From the NCBI GenBank assembly GCA_021414205.1, contig JAIOOW010000003.1, positions 300,365 to 364,364 of the forward strand: a DNA stretch of 64,000 bases. Reading direction: 5' to 3'. The translations under genes were made by a program, and so were the position numbers. Of this stretch, positions 9,180 through 18,677 are shown in pieces. Below the pieces are notes generated by a model. It saw nothing but the letters and a program-made list of their open reading frames with translations, had not been told where the DNA came from and made no database searches. This DNA comes from Candidatus Anderseniibacteriota bacterium (GTDB taxonomy: Bacteria > Patescibacteriota > Andersenbacteria > UBA10190). Position 1 is the first letter of the stretch. The number at the start of each line of letters is the position of its first letter.

Positions 9180-10376
9180 CTAAACCGTTTCCCAAAGGGT
9201 TACTTCTCGAGCTACTAGAGCATCTGGTCGGGCATAGAGCACCGTATCGGATGAACCAGCAGGAAAGTGAGACGCAATAGCCTCAGGAACGAGCTGTTTC
9301 TTACGATAGCCGATTGCGGTAATTTCGTCAATAAAAGAGCGGGGAAGAGGGGTAAAGCCATCAGCGCCCTTAGGGCAGGGGAGGAGAATAAGCAGATTTG
9401 CGCCTGGGCGTAACACTTTTCGAATATTCTGGAAAAATAGGGTGTACAAATTTATAATAGTATTGTGAAATATTTCAATTTCGGGGGACGATAGGGGATG
9501 GGTCAATGGGGTGCCTAAAAACGGTTCCGTGACTATAGAGATATTTTTTTCAGTAAGGTTTTCTGGAAACACTTCTTTTACATCGTGCAAAAACGCTTCT
9601 GGGCGAATATCTTTGATCACCGGAAATTGCTGCGTGAGGTAGTCCAAATTTTTGCCCGTTGCAGTAATCATGCGTTCGGACAAATCGCTTCCGACGGCAG
9701 AAAAACCCATCAGCCACGCTTCTTGCAAAATTGTTCCCATGCCGCAGAACGGATCATAAATAACCGTATCGGTTTTTGGTTGAGATAGATTAATCATAAT
9801 CTGCGCTAGTTTTGGAGGAAGGAGCCCTACTCGCGCATCACGCACCGGCCTGCTCGTGTCTCGCAATTCATAGTCTGCAATATTTTGCATATGAATTGTT
9901 TTAATGAGAATATACGTTTCCGCAATGCGGATGATGCTCAAATCCATATTCGGTTCGTGGAGCAATCTGTTAAATAGTACTTGGGCTGCATTCAAGCTGG
10001 ACCCTTTTGGTTCTATGAATGATAGTTTTGAGTTCTGGGCTTTTGCAGCTTTTTTTATAGAAATTGCCAATTTTTTTACGGAAGTTGAGCCGGAAAGTAC
10101 AGAAAGTCCCATAACCCATTTATCTGGGAGAGGGGAGAGCGCTACGACTATCTCCTCTGCTTCGGGCATATGGTTCCACTGCGTAACGTCTTGTGCGATT
10201 CGTATGGTTCCGCCCAATTCATCACCGATATGTTCTGGTAATGCATCTGCGCTAATTCGCATATACGAGTTCGTGATTCGAAGGACGCTGTAGGCGGTAT
10301 TGTGGCGTGCTAAATACGCCGCAACTTCGCTTGCGGATAACAGCGGATTTGTCCCCAGAAAAAACGTGTAATTCAT
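9180..10376 (-). CDS. class I SAM-dependent methyltransferase (Trm11/RlmL-like, probable RNA guanine-N2 methyltransferase)
   Basis: Motif I YDPFCGMGTILQEA closely matches DPFCGSGT of Trm11/RlmL. N-terminal roughly 200 aa may be a THUMP-like RNA-binding region. Motif IV is the variant TEPF rather than DPPY. Confidence 0.65.
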   Translation of the reverse strand: MNYTFFLGTNPLLSASEVAAYLARHNTAYSVLRITNSYMRISADALPEHIGDELGGTIRIAQDVTQWNHMPEAEEIVVALSPLPDKWVMGLSVLSGSTSVKKLAISIKKAAKAQNSKLSFIEPKGSSLNAAQVLFNRLLHEPNMDLSIIRIAETYILIKTIHMQNIADYELRDTSRPVRDARVGLLPPKLAQIMINLSQPKTDTVIYDPFCGMGTILQEAWLMGFSAVGSDLSERMITATGKNLDYLTQQFPVIKDIRPEAFLHDVKEVFPENLTEKNISIVTEPFLGTPLTHPLSSPEIEIFHNTIINLYTLFFQNIRKVLRPGANLLILLPCPKGADGFTPLPRSFIDEITAIGYRKKQLVPEAIASHFPAGSSDTVLYARPDALVAREVTLWETV

Positions 10377-10394
10377 GTACTATGTATAGCATAT

Positions 10395-10778
10395 ATGATG
10401 CATGCAAAGGCAATGCAAATGGGATTACTGGGGATTGCGATATTTGGCGTTGGGTGGGAGACAGGGAAGGTGATGTCACCGTACTATGCCGCAACGCCTA
10501 TTGTGTTTGAGGATACGCAGCCTGCTGCCGGCGGGGGAGAAGGCGATTTAAAGGCCTTGCTGGTGAGTCCTGCGGCTTCAATTTCATCTGCTCCAGCGCA
10601 AGCGCAAGGTAAATATGTTGCAAGTAAAAACAGTACGCTGTTTCATGATCCTAGTTGCGCATCTGCGAAGAGTATAAAGCCAGAGAACCAGGTGTGGTTT
10701 GATAGCGTAGAAGCTGCCAAGGCTGCGGGATACTCCCCAAGCGCTTGTACTCAGAAGCTAATAGGTGTTTCACAATAA
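10395..10778 (+). CDS. membrane-anchored small protein with C-terminal Cys/His putative metal-binding motif
   Basis: N-terminal hydrophobic helix (LLGIAIFGVGW), Gly-rich linker, C-terminal KYVASKNSTLFHDPSCASAKSIKPENQVWFDSVEAAKAAGYSPSAC. Confidence 0.5.
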   Translation: MMHAKAMQMGLLGIAIFGVGWETGKVMSPYYAATPIVFEDTQPAAGGGEGDLKALLVSPAASISSAPAQAQGKYVASKNSTLFHDPSCASAKSIKPENQVWFDSVEAAKAAGYSPSACTQKLIGVSQ

Positions 10779-11259
10779 AATATTGAAAAGTCAAGTAAAA
10801 AAGGGCGGGGGAGGGCAAAAAGGGCCTAAAAACAGAAAAAATGGGGCAGGGGAGTGGTTTTGCCTGTGGCACACAAGGTGATTACAGAGGGGAGATAGAG
10901 CGGGGAAATTGTTTAAAATATGTTTTTAGAGGGAGATAGGCAATTATACGATTTGTTCGCTAAATGTTCAGTTTGTGGAAAACTCGCGTAGAACATGTAT
11001 ATTGTCGCAAAAGGTACATTTTCGGACATACGAAACAGCTAAGGTATCTGCCTTGTCTGTATACTCCCGCCTTCTACTGTGCACAATATCTTTCTTCATG
11101 AAGAGATATGTATGCAACTATATCCCCGATTAGCTCCCCTTTATGCAAACAATTTTAGAACATTCTCTTTCTACTATATGTGCTCTATTCTTTATACTCG
11201 AGCTTGCTCTTATGTACCTATGCCTGCCAGATCGACCTGCAGTGTTTTTATATGCAAAA

Positions 11260-11280
11260 AGAGGTACTCTAGTACCCTCT
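11260..11280 (-). terminator. Rho-independent terminator on minus strand
   Basis: AGAGGTACT..AGTACCCTCT hairpin; on the minus strand it is followed by CUUUUUG. Lies just downstream of two tiny minus-strand ORFs. Confidence 0.4.
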
Positions 11281-11311
11281 GTTGCGTGTACGCGATTATA
11301 CGAGACCCTTT

Positions 11312-11437
11312 TTATTTATTTTTTCGTAATTCGCGATACACGTATCGAATGATGTAAAACATTGCGTAGAATGGCCCCCAAATCGGTACGAGACGCTCAG
11401 CCCATTCCTCAAACGAATCATCAGGATTAAATGCCAT
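11312..11437 (-). CDS. candidate small protein (41 aa, MAFNPDDSFEEWAERLVPIWGPFYAMFYIIRYVYRELRKNK)
   Basis: Below the 60-aa ORF-track cutoff; found by manual translation. Same strand as and downstream of gltX; terminator follows. Confidence 0.2.
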   Translation of the reverse strand: MAFNPDDSFEEWAERLVPIWGPFYAMFYIIRYVYRELRKNK

Positions 11438-11438
11438 A

Positions 11439-11531
11439 TTAGTAGAATGATAATGCGACCATGCCCGCCCCAATTGCTAATATGAGAATGGCGTAGATGA
11501 TTCGGATCATTCGTTTTTTACGTTTGTGCAT
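11439..11531 (-). CDS. candidate small hydrophobic peptide (30 aa, MHKRKKRMIRIIYAILILAIGAGMVALSFY)
   Basis: Starts 18 nt after the gltX stop; basic N-terminus plus one TM-like helix; found by manual translation. Confidence 0.2.
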   Translation of the reverse strand: MHKRKKRMIRIIYAILILAIGAGMVALSFY

Positions 11532-11549
11532 AGAGGTAGTATACAATTT

Positions 11550-12992
11550 TTATTTCAAACTATCACGTGCATCCTGTAAACGTCGCAAAACATCAGATTT
11601 GCCGATAGCTTCCGCAACTGCAAATGGCGTGGGGGAATGTTCCCTGCCTGTTAATGCAACACGGAGCGGCCACAAGTATTCTCCTCTCCCCTTTTGGTTT
11701 GAATCGATCCAGTTGATTAGAAATTCTTCGAGATGTTTTGCAGTCCACTCCCCTTCTGGAATTGTGGAAATAATACTAGATAGCTCTGAAATAATTGCTT
11801 GTGTAGATTTTTTTATTTCAGGCGTTTGGGTATCGGGTTTTTGCCTGAATGTAAGTGATACGTCGCTATAATCCGTTGCCCAATCTGACGCATGCCAAGC
11901 CATGGCTTCATGGAGCGGGGTGCCGCCAATATCGTATGACGCAAAGCGTCCCAACTCTGTCTTAAGTGCTTGTAATAGTCGTTCCGGTTCCTGTATTTCG
12001 ATGCCGTTTTTGTCGTAATATGCTTTTGCCCATGCAAATAATTCTTCATCGGAAAGTTCAGATAGATAGTGCTTGTTCATGCTCGCCAATTTTACGATAG
12101 AAAATATCGCCCCTGCTTTTTGTACTCGCTCTATCGTAAACGCTTGAGCAAGTTCATCGTGAGTATAGTATTCCCTATCGTCGCCATTGTTCCATCCGAG
12201 CAATGCTAAGTAGTTCATCATCGTTTGAGGTAAATATCCCATATCTCGATATGCTAGTAGGCTCGTTTCTTTATTGCGCTTGGAAAGTTTTTTTCGGTTG
12301 TCGTCGAGGAGTAATGGCAAGTGCGCATATATTGGCCTTGTGTACCCGAGTGCTTCCTGAATTAAGATATGCTTAATTGTATTGTGGATATGATCTTCTC
12401 CTCTAATTACATGCGTAATTTGCATCGCCTCATCGTCGTATACAACGGCTAAGTGATAGAGCGGGTTATCTACTGCGCGCGCTACAACAAAGTCCCCGCC
12501 AAAAGAATCTGTGTGAACTTTGACGGTACCACGTACTAAATCTTCAAATGTAACTTCTTTTGATTCAACAATAAGACGCACTGCACCGCTGGTCAGATTT
12601 TTCTGTCTGCAATCGCATTTGTTTTCGCCATGATTCCCTTCGCAAAAATATGCTAACTTTTTATCAAGTAATTCCTGCACTACTTTTTGATGCTCTGCTA
12701 CTCGCTCAGATTGTCTATATGGGCCGTACAGTCCCCCAACATCTGGCCCTTCTTGCCAATTAAGGCCAAGCCAGCGCAATCCTTCTAAGATATTTTCTTC
12801 AAATTCAGGTTTTGAACGCTCAAAATCAGTATCTTCCACGCGAATAATAAACGAGCCATTGTCGCCGTGATGGCTTGCAAATAGTTCGTTAAATAAAGCT
12901 GCGCGAGCAGTTCCAACATGAAGATCCCCTGTTGGGCTTGGGGCAATGCGCACGCGGACAGATTCGTTTGGTTTTTCAGGCATATAATGCAT
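11550..12992 (-). CDS. gltX: glutamyl-tRNA synthetase
   Basis: HIGH motif (APSPTGDLHVGTAR) and KMSKS-like motif (KLSKR). Start ambiguous between ATGs at 12992 and 12983. Confidence 0.9.
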   Translation of the reverse strand: MHYMPEKPNESVRVRIAPSPTGDLHVGTARAALFNELFASHHGDNGSFIIRVEDTDFERSKPEFEENILEGLRWLGLNWQEGPDVGGLYGPYRQSERVAEHQKVVQELLDKKLAYFCEGNHGENKCDCRQKNLTSGAVRLIVESKEVTFEDLVRGTVKVHTDSFGGDFVVARAVDNPLYHLAVVYDDEAMQITHVIRGEDHIHNTIKHILIQEALGYTRPIYAHLPLLLDDNRKKLSKRNKETSLLAYRDMGYLPQTMMNYLALLGWNNGDDREYYTHDELAQAFTIERVQKAGAIFSIVKLASMNKHYLSELSDEELFAWAKAYYDKNGIEIQEPERLLQALKTELGRFASYDIGGTPLHEAMAWHASDWATDYSDVSLTFRQKPDTQTPEIKKSTQAIISELSSIISTIPEGEWTAKHLEEFLINWIDSNQKGRGEYLWPLRVALTGREHSPTPFAVAEAIGKSDVLRRLQDARDSLK

Positions 12993-13527
12993 TATATAGT
13001 TTTTCTTTCTTAGCGGGATCAAGCTGCGCTTCTAGCAACATAATGCGAAGCTGCAAATCGCGCAATTCTTCATTGTGGCCAAGCGCGAGAAATTCGTCGA
13101 ATGTAAAGAACTGAAGCTCGATTTTTTCTCCCGCGCTTTGTTGCGGTTCGTGAATTTTTGTAAGATGCTTGGCAATGAAAAAGTGAACATAGTAGTCTAC
13201 TCTGCCCGCTGGCTTGTATGAAAAAAGCGGAGCAATTGTGGCGGTCTCATAACCGGTTTCTTCTAAAAACTCTCGTTGTGCCGCTGCTTCCGGGGACTCC
13301 CCTTCGTCTACTTGCCCGCCTGGTAAGCCGAATACCCTGTTGCGATCGGGCTGTTCATCCCATACACATACAATCGTGTTGTCGGGCATTACTCCGATTG
13401 TTCGCACAGTATCTGATCTCGTTGCTTTTTCAAAAACTTGTTTTGATCCGTCGTATAGTTCTTGCTCCCATTGCCATATAGAAAATATCTCGCCTTGGAA
13501 TACTTTTTTCATGTCGGGTTTATTCAT
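12976..13527 (-). CDS. NUDIX hydrolase
   Basis: Nudix box GLPGGQVDEGESPEAAAQREFLEETG. Confidence 0.8.
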   Translation of the reverse strand: MNKPDMKKVFQGEIFSIWQWEQELYDGSKQVFEKATRSDTVRTIGVMPDNTIVCVWDEQPDRNRVFGLPGGQVDEGESPEAAAQREFLEETGYETATIAPLFSYKPAGRVDYYVHFFIAKHLTKIHEPQQSAGEKIELQFFTFDEFLALGHNEELRDLQLRIMLLEAQLDPAKKEKLYNALYA

Positions 13528-13635
13528 GTAACTAAGTATATCTGTTCCCTACCGTAAGCCAAATAAATCTTGACATGAGATATTTATTACGGTATAACAA
13601 ATTAAAGTTTTGAGTTCTTTTTTTTACCTACATCA

Positions 13636-13863
13636 TTGCGAGGAGCAATCATGAGAATGGGGTATTCAATAAGTGCGGCACGGATATGTACACAGGAGAG
13701 AGTCGGCGTTCGACGAAAAGCAAAAACAGGAAAGAATAAGAAGCGACGAGAAATTTCCTGCGGGCCAAAAGTACGCCAAAGAACTCGTGGCGTTCTGAAT
13801 GTATTAAGTCCTCAGCAGTTTCTCGTTGCGCTCGCGACCTGTATTTGCACACCGTTCAAGTAA
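13636..13863 (+). CDS. candidate small basic protein (75 aa)
   Basis: GAGGAG RBS 6 nt upstream of ATG; Lys/Arg-rich; followed by a hairpin plus T-run terminator. Confidence 0.35.
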   Translation: MRGAIMRMGYSISAARICTQERVGVRRKAKTGKNKKRREISCGPKVRQRTRGVLNVLSPQQFLVALATCICTPFK

Positions 13864-13892
13864 TGCGCCGTGATGTACGTCGCCCCTTAATC

Positions 13893-13931
13893 GCCATCGA
13901 CAGATAGTGTGTCGGTGGCATTTTTATTTTT
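13893..13931 (+). terminator. Rho-independent terminator
   Basis: GCCATCGACA..TGTCGGTGGC stem followed by atttttattttt. Confidence 0.45.
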
Positions 13932-14016
13932 GACAAATAGTTTTAATTATAGTAATAATTACACGCAATGTATTCGCAGTGGCGGTGTGTTGATGATCTT
14001 TTTCAAAGGAATTCCG

Positions 14017-14532
14017 ATGAGTGTTGTGAGCCCTTCTTTTGCTGATTGTGCGAGACGGTTTTGCAATATTGATGACTTGCCGGCCTGGCTTGAGCAGCAG
14101 CGATCGGCGGCTGTTCCAGACGATTGCTGGGATTTTCCGCATGAGCATGGGTTGATTGATTTGCATGAACTCGAAGAGCTTCTTGGAGACAATTGGCTTC
14201 GCGCCTTATCTGATTATGCAGTACCGTTTAGCACTGCCGAGTTGGAAGTTTTTGGGTTCTGTGAAGCTATCATCTGCATGCAGCCGTCGTTTGCCGCATC
14301 TGGCGCCCGGACGTACCCGGTACGCGATGGAGTGATTACCGTGTTTTCTGGAGAGAATTTTTCAGCAGTCTTTTTGGGCAACGACGATACTTATCGGCAT
14401 ATTGAACAATCGTGGGAAGCGCTGTTCTGCATCCTTAGTGCTTGGCGACATGCTCCTGATCAGGCGCAGCGCGAGGCAGCACGCGAATTTCTGTGTGGCT
14501 TGGTCGAACAGGCCATGAATACGCAAGAGTAA
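14017..14532 (+). CDS. hypothetical acidic protein (171 aa)
   Basis: AAAGGA RBS before ATG (MSVVSPSF..). TTGACA-containing promoter-like sequence roughly 75 nt upstream. Locally higher GC. No family recognised. Confidence 0.5.
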   Translation: MSVVSPSFADCARRFCNIDDLPAWLEQQRSAAVPDDCWDFPHEHGLIDLHELEELLGDNWLRALSDYAVPFSTAELEVFGFCEAIICMQPSFAASGARTYPVRDGVITVFSGENFSAVFLGNDDTYRHIEQSWEALFCILSAWRHAPDQAQREAAREFLCGLVEQAMNTQE

Positions 14533-14558
14533 TTGGTCTTTTGGGGTAAAACACAAAC

Positions 14559-14595
14559 GGCGATCAGTATTGCAACTGACCGCCGTTTTTTCTTT
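14559..14595. terminator. bidirectional Rho-independent terminator
   Basis: GGCGATCAGT..ACTGACCGCC stem with T-runs on both sides, between the convergent acidic-protein gene and nrdB. Confidence 0.55.
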
Positions 14596-14605
14596 TCTTA
14601 CTTCC

Positions 14606-15625
14606 CTACCACTTCAACGACCCTGCGTTCTTGTATTCCGTTACTCTCGTTTCAAAGAAGTTCTTTTCTTTTCGCAAATCGATAATTTCGCTCATCCATG
14701 GGAACGGATTTTCTGCACCGTATACCTTTTCTAGATTGATTCGCTCCAATCTTCTATCTGCAACATATTTTAAGTATTCGTCGATTGTATCTGCGTTGAG
14801 TCCCAAGATCCCTGTTGGTAAGCAGTCATGCGCGTATGCGGATTCAAGCTCCACTCCATGCTTGATATTTTCCGTAATCGTCGTCTTGAATTGCTCTGTC
14901 CAAATTTCTGGATTTTCTTCAACGATGGTGTTGATCAAATCTGTTCCGAATGCCAAGTGCACCGATTCATCGCGAAGAATAAATTGGAACTGCTCCCCTA
15001 CTCCGACCATTTTGTTTTGGCGAAGGAACGAAAGCATCATCACGAATCCCGCGTAGAAGAAAATGCCTTCCATGATGACGTAGAATCCTACCAAGTCATG
15101 TACAAATCGCTGAATGTTTTCTGTGCCGTTGGTAGAAAAATTCGGATCCGATAGGGATTTTGTCATGTTTACTACGAACTCATCTTTGTGCTTAATGCTT
15201 GGAACTCGGTCGTACATGGTATACACATCGTCCGGGTCGAGTCCTAACGTGTCGCAGCAGTAAATGAATGTGTCGGTGTGCACAGCTTCCTCGTATGCTT
15301 GGCGCAAGAGGTACTGGCGGCATTCCGGATTCGTAATGTGCTTGTAGATGGTAAGGACAAGATTGTTTGCTGTGAGGCTTTCTGCTGTTGAGAAGAATCC
15401 CATATTCCACATAATGAGTCTGCGCTCGTCATCGGAAAGAACAGACGTGCTCTTCCATGTTTCCACGTCTTTTTGCATGTTTACTTCATCGGGCGTCCAG
15501 TTATTTGCAACACCAGACTGGTAGTGCTTGCGCGCCCACTTATACTTCATCGGAAGTATTTTATTCGGGTCGGTGGTTGCGCAGTTTAATATCTTCTTTT
15601 CAGCTGTTTCCATAGTTATTGACAT
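14606..15625 (-). CDS. nrdB: ribonucleotide reductase class I beta subunit (R2)
   Basis: Ferritin-like di-iron ligand motifs (EEAVHTDTF, DESVHLAFG), conserved FYAGFVMMLSF. Confidence 0.9.
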   Translation of the reverse strand: MSITMETAEKKILNCATTDPNKILPMKYKWARKHYQSGVANNWTPDEVNMQKDVETWKSTSVLSDDERRLIMWNMGFFSTAESLTANNLVLTIYKHITNPECRQYLLRQAYEEAVHTDTFIYCCDTLGLDPDDVYTMYDRVPSIKHKDEFVVNMTKSLSDPNFSTNGTENIQRFVHDLVGFYVIMEGIFFYAGFVMMLSFLRQNKMVGVGEQFQFILRDESVHLAFGTDLINTIVEENPEIWTEQFKTTITENIKHGVELESAYAHDCLPTGILGLNADTIDEYLKYVADRRLERINLEKVYGAENPFPWMSEIIDLRKEKNFFETRVTEYKNAGSLKW

Positions 15626-18462
15626 GATTCACAAATATTTAAGTTCGGATCCCCTGCCATCTGCGGCACTGGCTGCGTAAGGGTGATGTCTGGCATCACT
15701 GGCCGCGGCATTGGAGTTGGTGCAGGGGCGGGAGGAGGCGTTGGAGCGGACATTATTGGCGTTGGTGTCGGAATAACAGGAGGCATCGTCTCGAACTTCT
15801 TGTTGATGTCTACAGTGCTCTTTTCTACAGAAGATGCTCCGAGGGTTCGCAAGTAGTACGTTGTCTTTAAGCCCGCTTCCCATGCCATGATGTACATATC
15901 TGAGATATCTTTTCCGGATTCTGTCTTGATGAATAAGTTGAGAGACTGGCTTTGATCGATCCATTTAGAGCGGCGCGCTGCTTGCTTGATTACCCACTGC
16001 GGTTCAATTTCGAAGATTTCTTTATATCGGTCTTTGATATCCTGAGGAATTTCTGGAATGTTCTGGATGCTGCCATCGTAATGCTTCATTTTTTCGAGCA
16101 TGTCGCTATTCCACAAGTTGCGCTTCTTTAAGTCATTCACTAGCTGTTCGTTGATGACGGTGAATTCGCCTGTGACGTTAGACTTTGTATAGATGTTGTT
16201 ATAGATCGGCTCAATTGATGGCAGGCTTCCGACAATTGTTGAAATCGTTGCAGTAGGTGCAATAGCCATAGTATTAGAATTGCGCATCCCATACATTCGC
16301 ACGTGTTCGCGAACAGGGGTCCAATCCAATTTGGATGATCGGTCTACTTCAATTGGCATTCCTCGCTCTTCTTCTAATAAAGCAATCGTGTCTTGCGGGA
16401 ATAAGTTCCTGTCCCATTTCGATCCTTGGTATGTCTGGTACTTCCCCTTTTCTTTTGCAAGAACTGATGAGCCTAAGATTGCATAGTACGCAATATATTC
16501 CATGACGTTGTCTGCAAGCTCCACAGTGTCTTCGCTGTCGAATTGCATGCCGAGCGTGTAGAGCATGTCTTGCCAGCCCATGATACCCAATCCAACCGGG
16601 CGATGGCGCATGTTGGAATTTTTAGCCTCAATAGTCGGATAGAAGTTTAAGTCGATGACGTTGTCGAGCATGCGCATTGCTTGCGTTGTTGTTTCTTTGA
16701 GCATGTCGTAATTAACAATCCCGTTTTGTACGTGTCGAACGAGATTGATTGAGCCTAAGTTGCATACGGCAGTTTCTTCTGCGGACGTGTTCAGCGTAAT
16801 TTCCGTACAAAGATTTGAGCTGTGCACTACTCCTACGTGATCTTGCGGTGATCGAACGTTTGAAGGATCCTTGAACGTCATCCATGGGTGCCCCGTGGAA
16901 TACAGGCTATTAATCATCTTTCTCCATAGGTCGATTGCGCGAATTCGTTTGAAGAGACGAATTTCGCCTGTGTCTGCTTTTCGTTCGTACTCCATGTACT
17001 TCTGCTCGAACGCTCGCCCGTAGATGTGATGGAGCTCCGGAGTTTCGTCTGGAGAAAAGAGCGTCCATTGACCATCATTGATAACCCGCTTCATAAATAA
17101 GTCCGGGATCCAGTTTGATGTATTGGTATCGTGAGTGCGTCGGCGTTCGTCCCCAGTGTTTTTGCGGAGTTCTAGGAAGTCCTCTATGTCGTAGTGCCAG
17201 GTTTCAAGATATACGCACGTAGCTCCTCGGCGCTTTCCTGAACGGTTAATAGCAGCGGTTGTTGCGTCTGAGATTTTTAAGAATGGAATAACGCCTTGGC
17301 TTCCAACGTTTGTGCTCTTGATCTGCGCTCCTGTTGCGCGAATGTTTGTCCAGTCGTTTCCTAAGCCGCCGGACCATTTGGATAATTGCGCGTTGTCTCC
17401 AATCGATTTGAAGATATGCTCGAGTTTGTCGTCTACGGTAGTAAGGTAGCAAGAACTCATCTGCGGGTGGCTCGTTCCTGCGTGGAAGAGTGTCGGTGTT
17501 GAGGGTACGTATCGTAGTGTCGACATCGTGTTGTAGAACGTAATCGCATAGTTCGTCCACTGGCTCTTCTCTTCATTGAGCGCAAGACCCATGGCTACGC
17601 GCATCCAGAAATACTGCGGAACTTCCAAAATATTCTGTTCCAAATCTCGAACGAAGTATCGTTCGTATAATGTTTGGATGCCGAGGTATTCAAACAGCTT
17701 GTCTCGCGAGATATCGAGCGCTTGCGATAGCGCCTCGAAATCGAACTCGTTCATGCGAGGGTCGAGGCGGCCCGATGTAACTCCTTTTGCAATGCTGTTC
17801 CTAAGGCCTTGCCGGTAAATGTGTTGGAAGTCCGGTGCGAATTCGTCTGTTCCAATAACATCGCGATACAAATCGTTTGTAAGAACGCGTGCTGCAAGAT
17901 ACGAGTACTTCGGATCTTGTTCAATGCGAGATCGTAAGGACATAATAATCGCCTGGTTGATTTGCGATGTTGAAATGCCGTCGTAAATATTGCTTTGCGT
18001 TTCTTTTAATACAATGTCTACTTGCTCCGGGCTGAGCACGTCTCCGCAGTACCGTTGGATTGCCAATCGGATGCGTCCCATGTCAAAAGGAACCATTTGT
18101 CCGTCCCTATTTTTTACGTTGAGCTGTTGCTTGGCAATGCGCTGCTGCAGTTCGAACTGGGCTTTCTGACGTTTCTCTTCTTGTTCGACTCGGTACAAAA
18201 TATATGCTTTTGCAACATCGAATAGCCCCTTCTCTGCTATTTTTCGCTCTACGCGATCCTGAATATTTTCAACTCCCGGGACCTCCGTGATAAAAGATCC
18301 TTCTAGGTCGATAATAACTTCATCTACTATTACTTCGACTACCGGTGCATCCGCCTGCTCTCCGCGAGTAGCTATGTATGCCTTATGAATCGCATCTTGG
18401 ATTCGTTGTCGATCAAAATCTACAATGGAACCGTTACGTTTTTTGACTTTGTCGATGGGCAT
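15616..18462 (-). CDS. nrdA: ribonucleotide reductase class I alpha subunit with two N-terminal ATP-cone domains
   Basis: Two ATP-cones (KVKKRNGSIVDFDRQRI; VKNRDGQMVPFDMGRIR), active-site NLCTEI. C-terminal Pro/Ala-rich tail ends in CESCQ. Stop overlaps the nrdB start (ATGTCAATAACTATG). Confidence 0.95.
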   Translation of the reverse strand: MPIDKVKKRNGSIVDFDRQRIQDAIHKAYIATRGEQADAPVVEVIVDEVIIDLEGSFITEVPGVENIQDRVERKIAEKGLFDVAKAYILYRVEQEEKRQKAQFELQQRIAKQQLNVKNRDGQMVPFDMGRIRLAIQRYCGDVLSPEQVDIVLKETQSNIYDGISTSQINQAIIMSLRSRIEQDPKYSYLAARVLTNDLYRDVIGTDEFAPDFQHIYRQGLRNSIAKGVTSGRLDPRMNEFDFEALSQALDISRDKLFEYLGIQTLYERYFVRDLEQNILEVPQYFWMRVAMGLALNEEKSQWTNYAITFYNTMSTLRYVPSTPTLFHAGTSHPQMSSCYLTTVDDKLEHIFKSIGDNAQLSKWSGGLGNDWTNIRATGAQIKSTNVGSQGVIPFLKISDATTAAINRSGKRRGATCVYLETWHYDIEDFLELRKNTGDERRRTHDTNTSNWIPDLFMKRVINDGQWTLFSPDETPELHHIYGRAFEQKYMEYERKADTGEIRLFKRIRAIDLWRKMINSLYSTGHPWMTFKDPSNVRSPQDHVGVVHSSNLCTEITLNTSAEETAVCNLGSINLVRHVQNGIVNYDMLKETTTQAMRMLDNVIDLNFYPTIEAKNSNMRHRPVGLGIMGWQDMLYTLGMQFDSEDTVELADNVMEYIAYYAILGSSVLAKEKGKYQTYQGSKWDRNLFPQDTIALLEEERGMPIEVDRSSKLDWTPVREHVRMYGMRNSNTMAIAPTATISTIVGSLPSIEPIYNNIYTKSNVTGEFTVINEQLVNDLKKRNLWNSDMLEKMKHYDGSIQNIPEIPQDIKDRYKEIFEIEPQWVIKQAARRSKWIDQSQSLNLFIKTESGKDISDMYIMAWEAGLKTTYYLRTLGASSVEKSTVDINKKFETMPPVIPTPTPIMSAPTPPPAPAPTPMPRPVMPDITLTQPVPQMAGDPNLNICESCQ

Positions 18463-18517
18463 AGAAGGATATGCTATAAGTTACGAATAAATTGTTGGTA
18501 CCCTTAAGTATACGTCC

Positions 18518-18545
18518 GCTAGAGTGCGCATTCAAAAAATTACGG
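18518..18545 (-). promoter_or_regulatory. sigma70-like promoter for nrdAB (TTGAAT-17-TATACT)
   Basis: Hexamers at 18540-18545 and 18518-23 on the minus strand, about 50 nt upstream of the nrdA start. Confidence 0.45.
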
Positions 18546-18620
18546 AGCTTCATTTTTTCTCTCAACTGACCGTGTTCTAGATTAGCGTTTGTACGTATTT
18601 TGTTCTCATGTGCATAAGTA

Positions 18621-18660
18621 TAAAAAATCCCGGGGTACCTGCCGGGATTTTTTATTTCTG
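18621..18660. terminator. bidirectional Rho-independent terminator
   Basis: ATCCCGG..CCGGGAT 7-bp stem flanked by an A-run and a T-run. Confidence 0.55.
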
Positions 18661-18677
18661 TTCGTCTAAATTCTTTC

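Noticed and set aside
11079-11871. ORFs 11079-11357 (two overlapping) and 11497-11871 (+)
   Set aside because: They are AT-rich low-complexity translations with no RBS; the second is antisense to the gltX 3' end.
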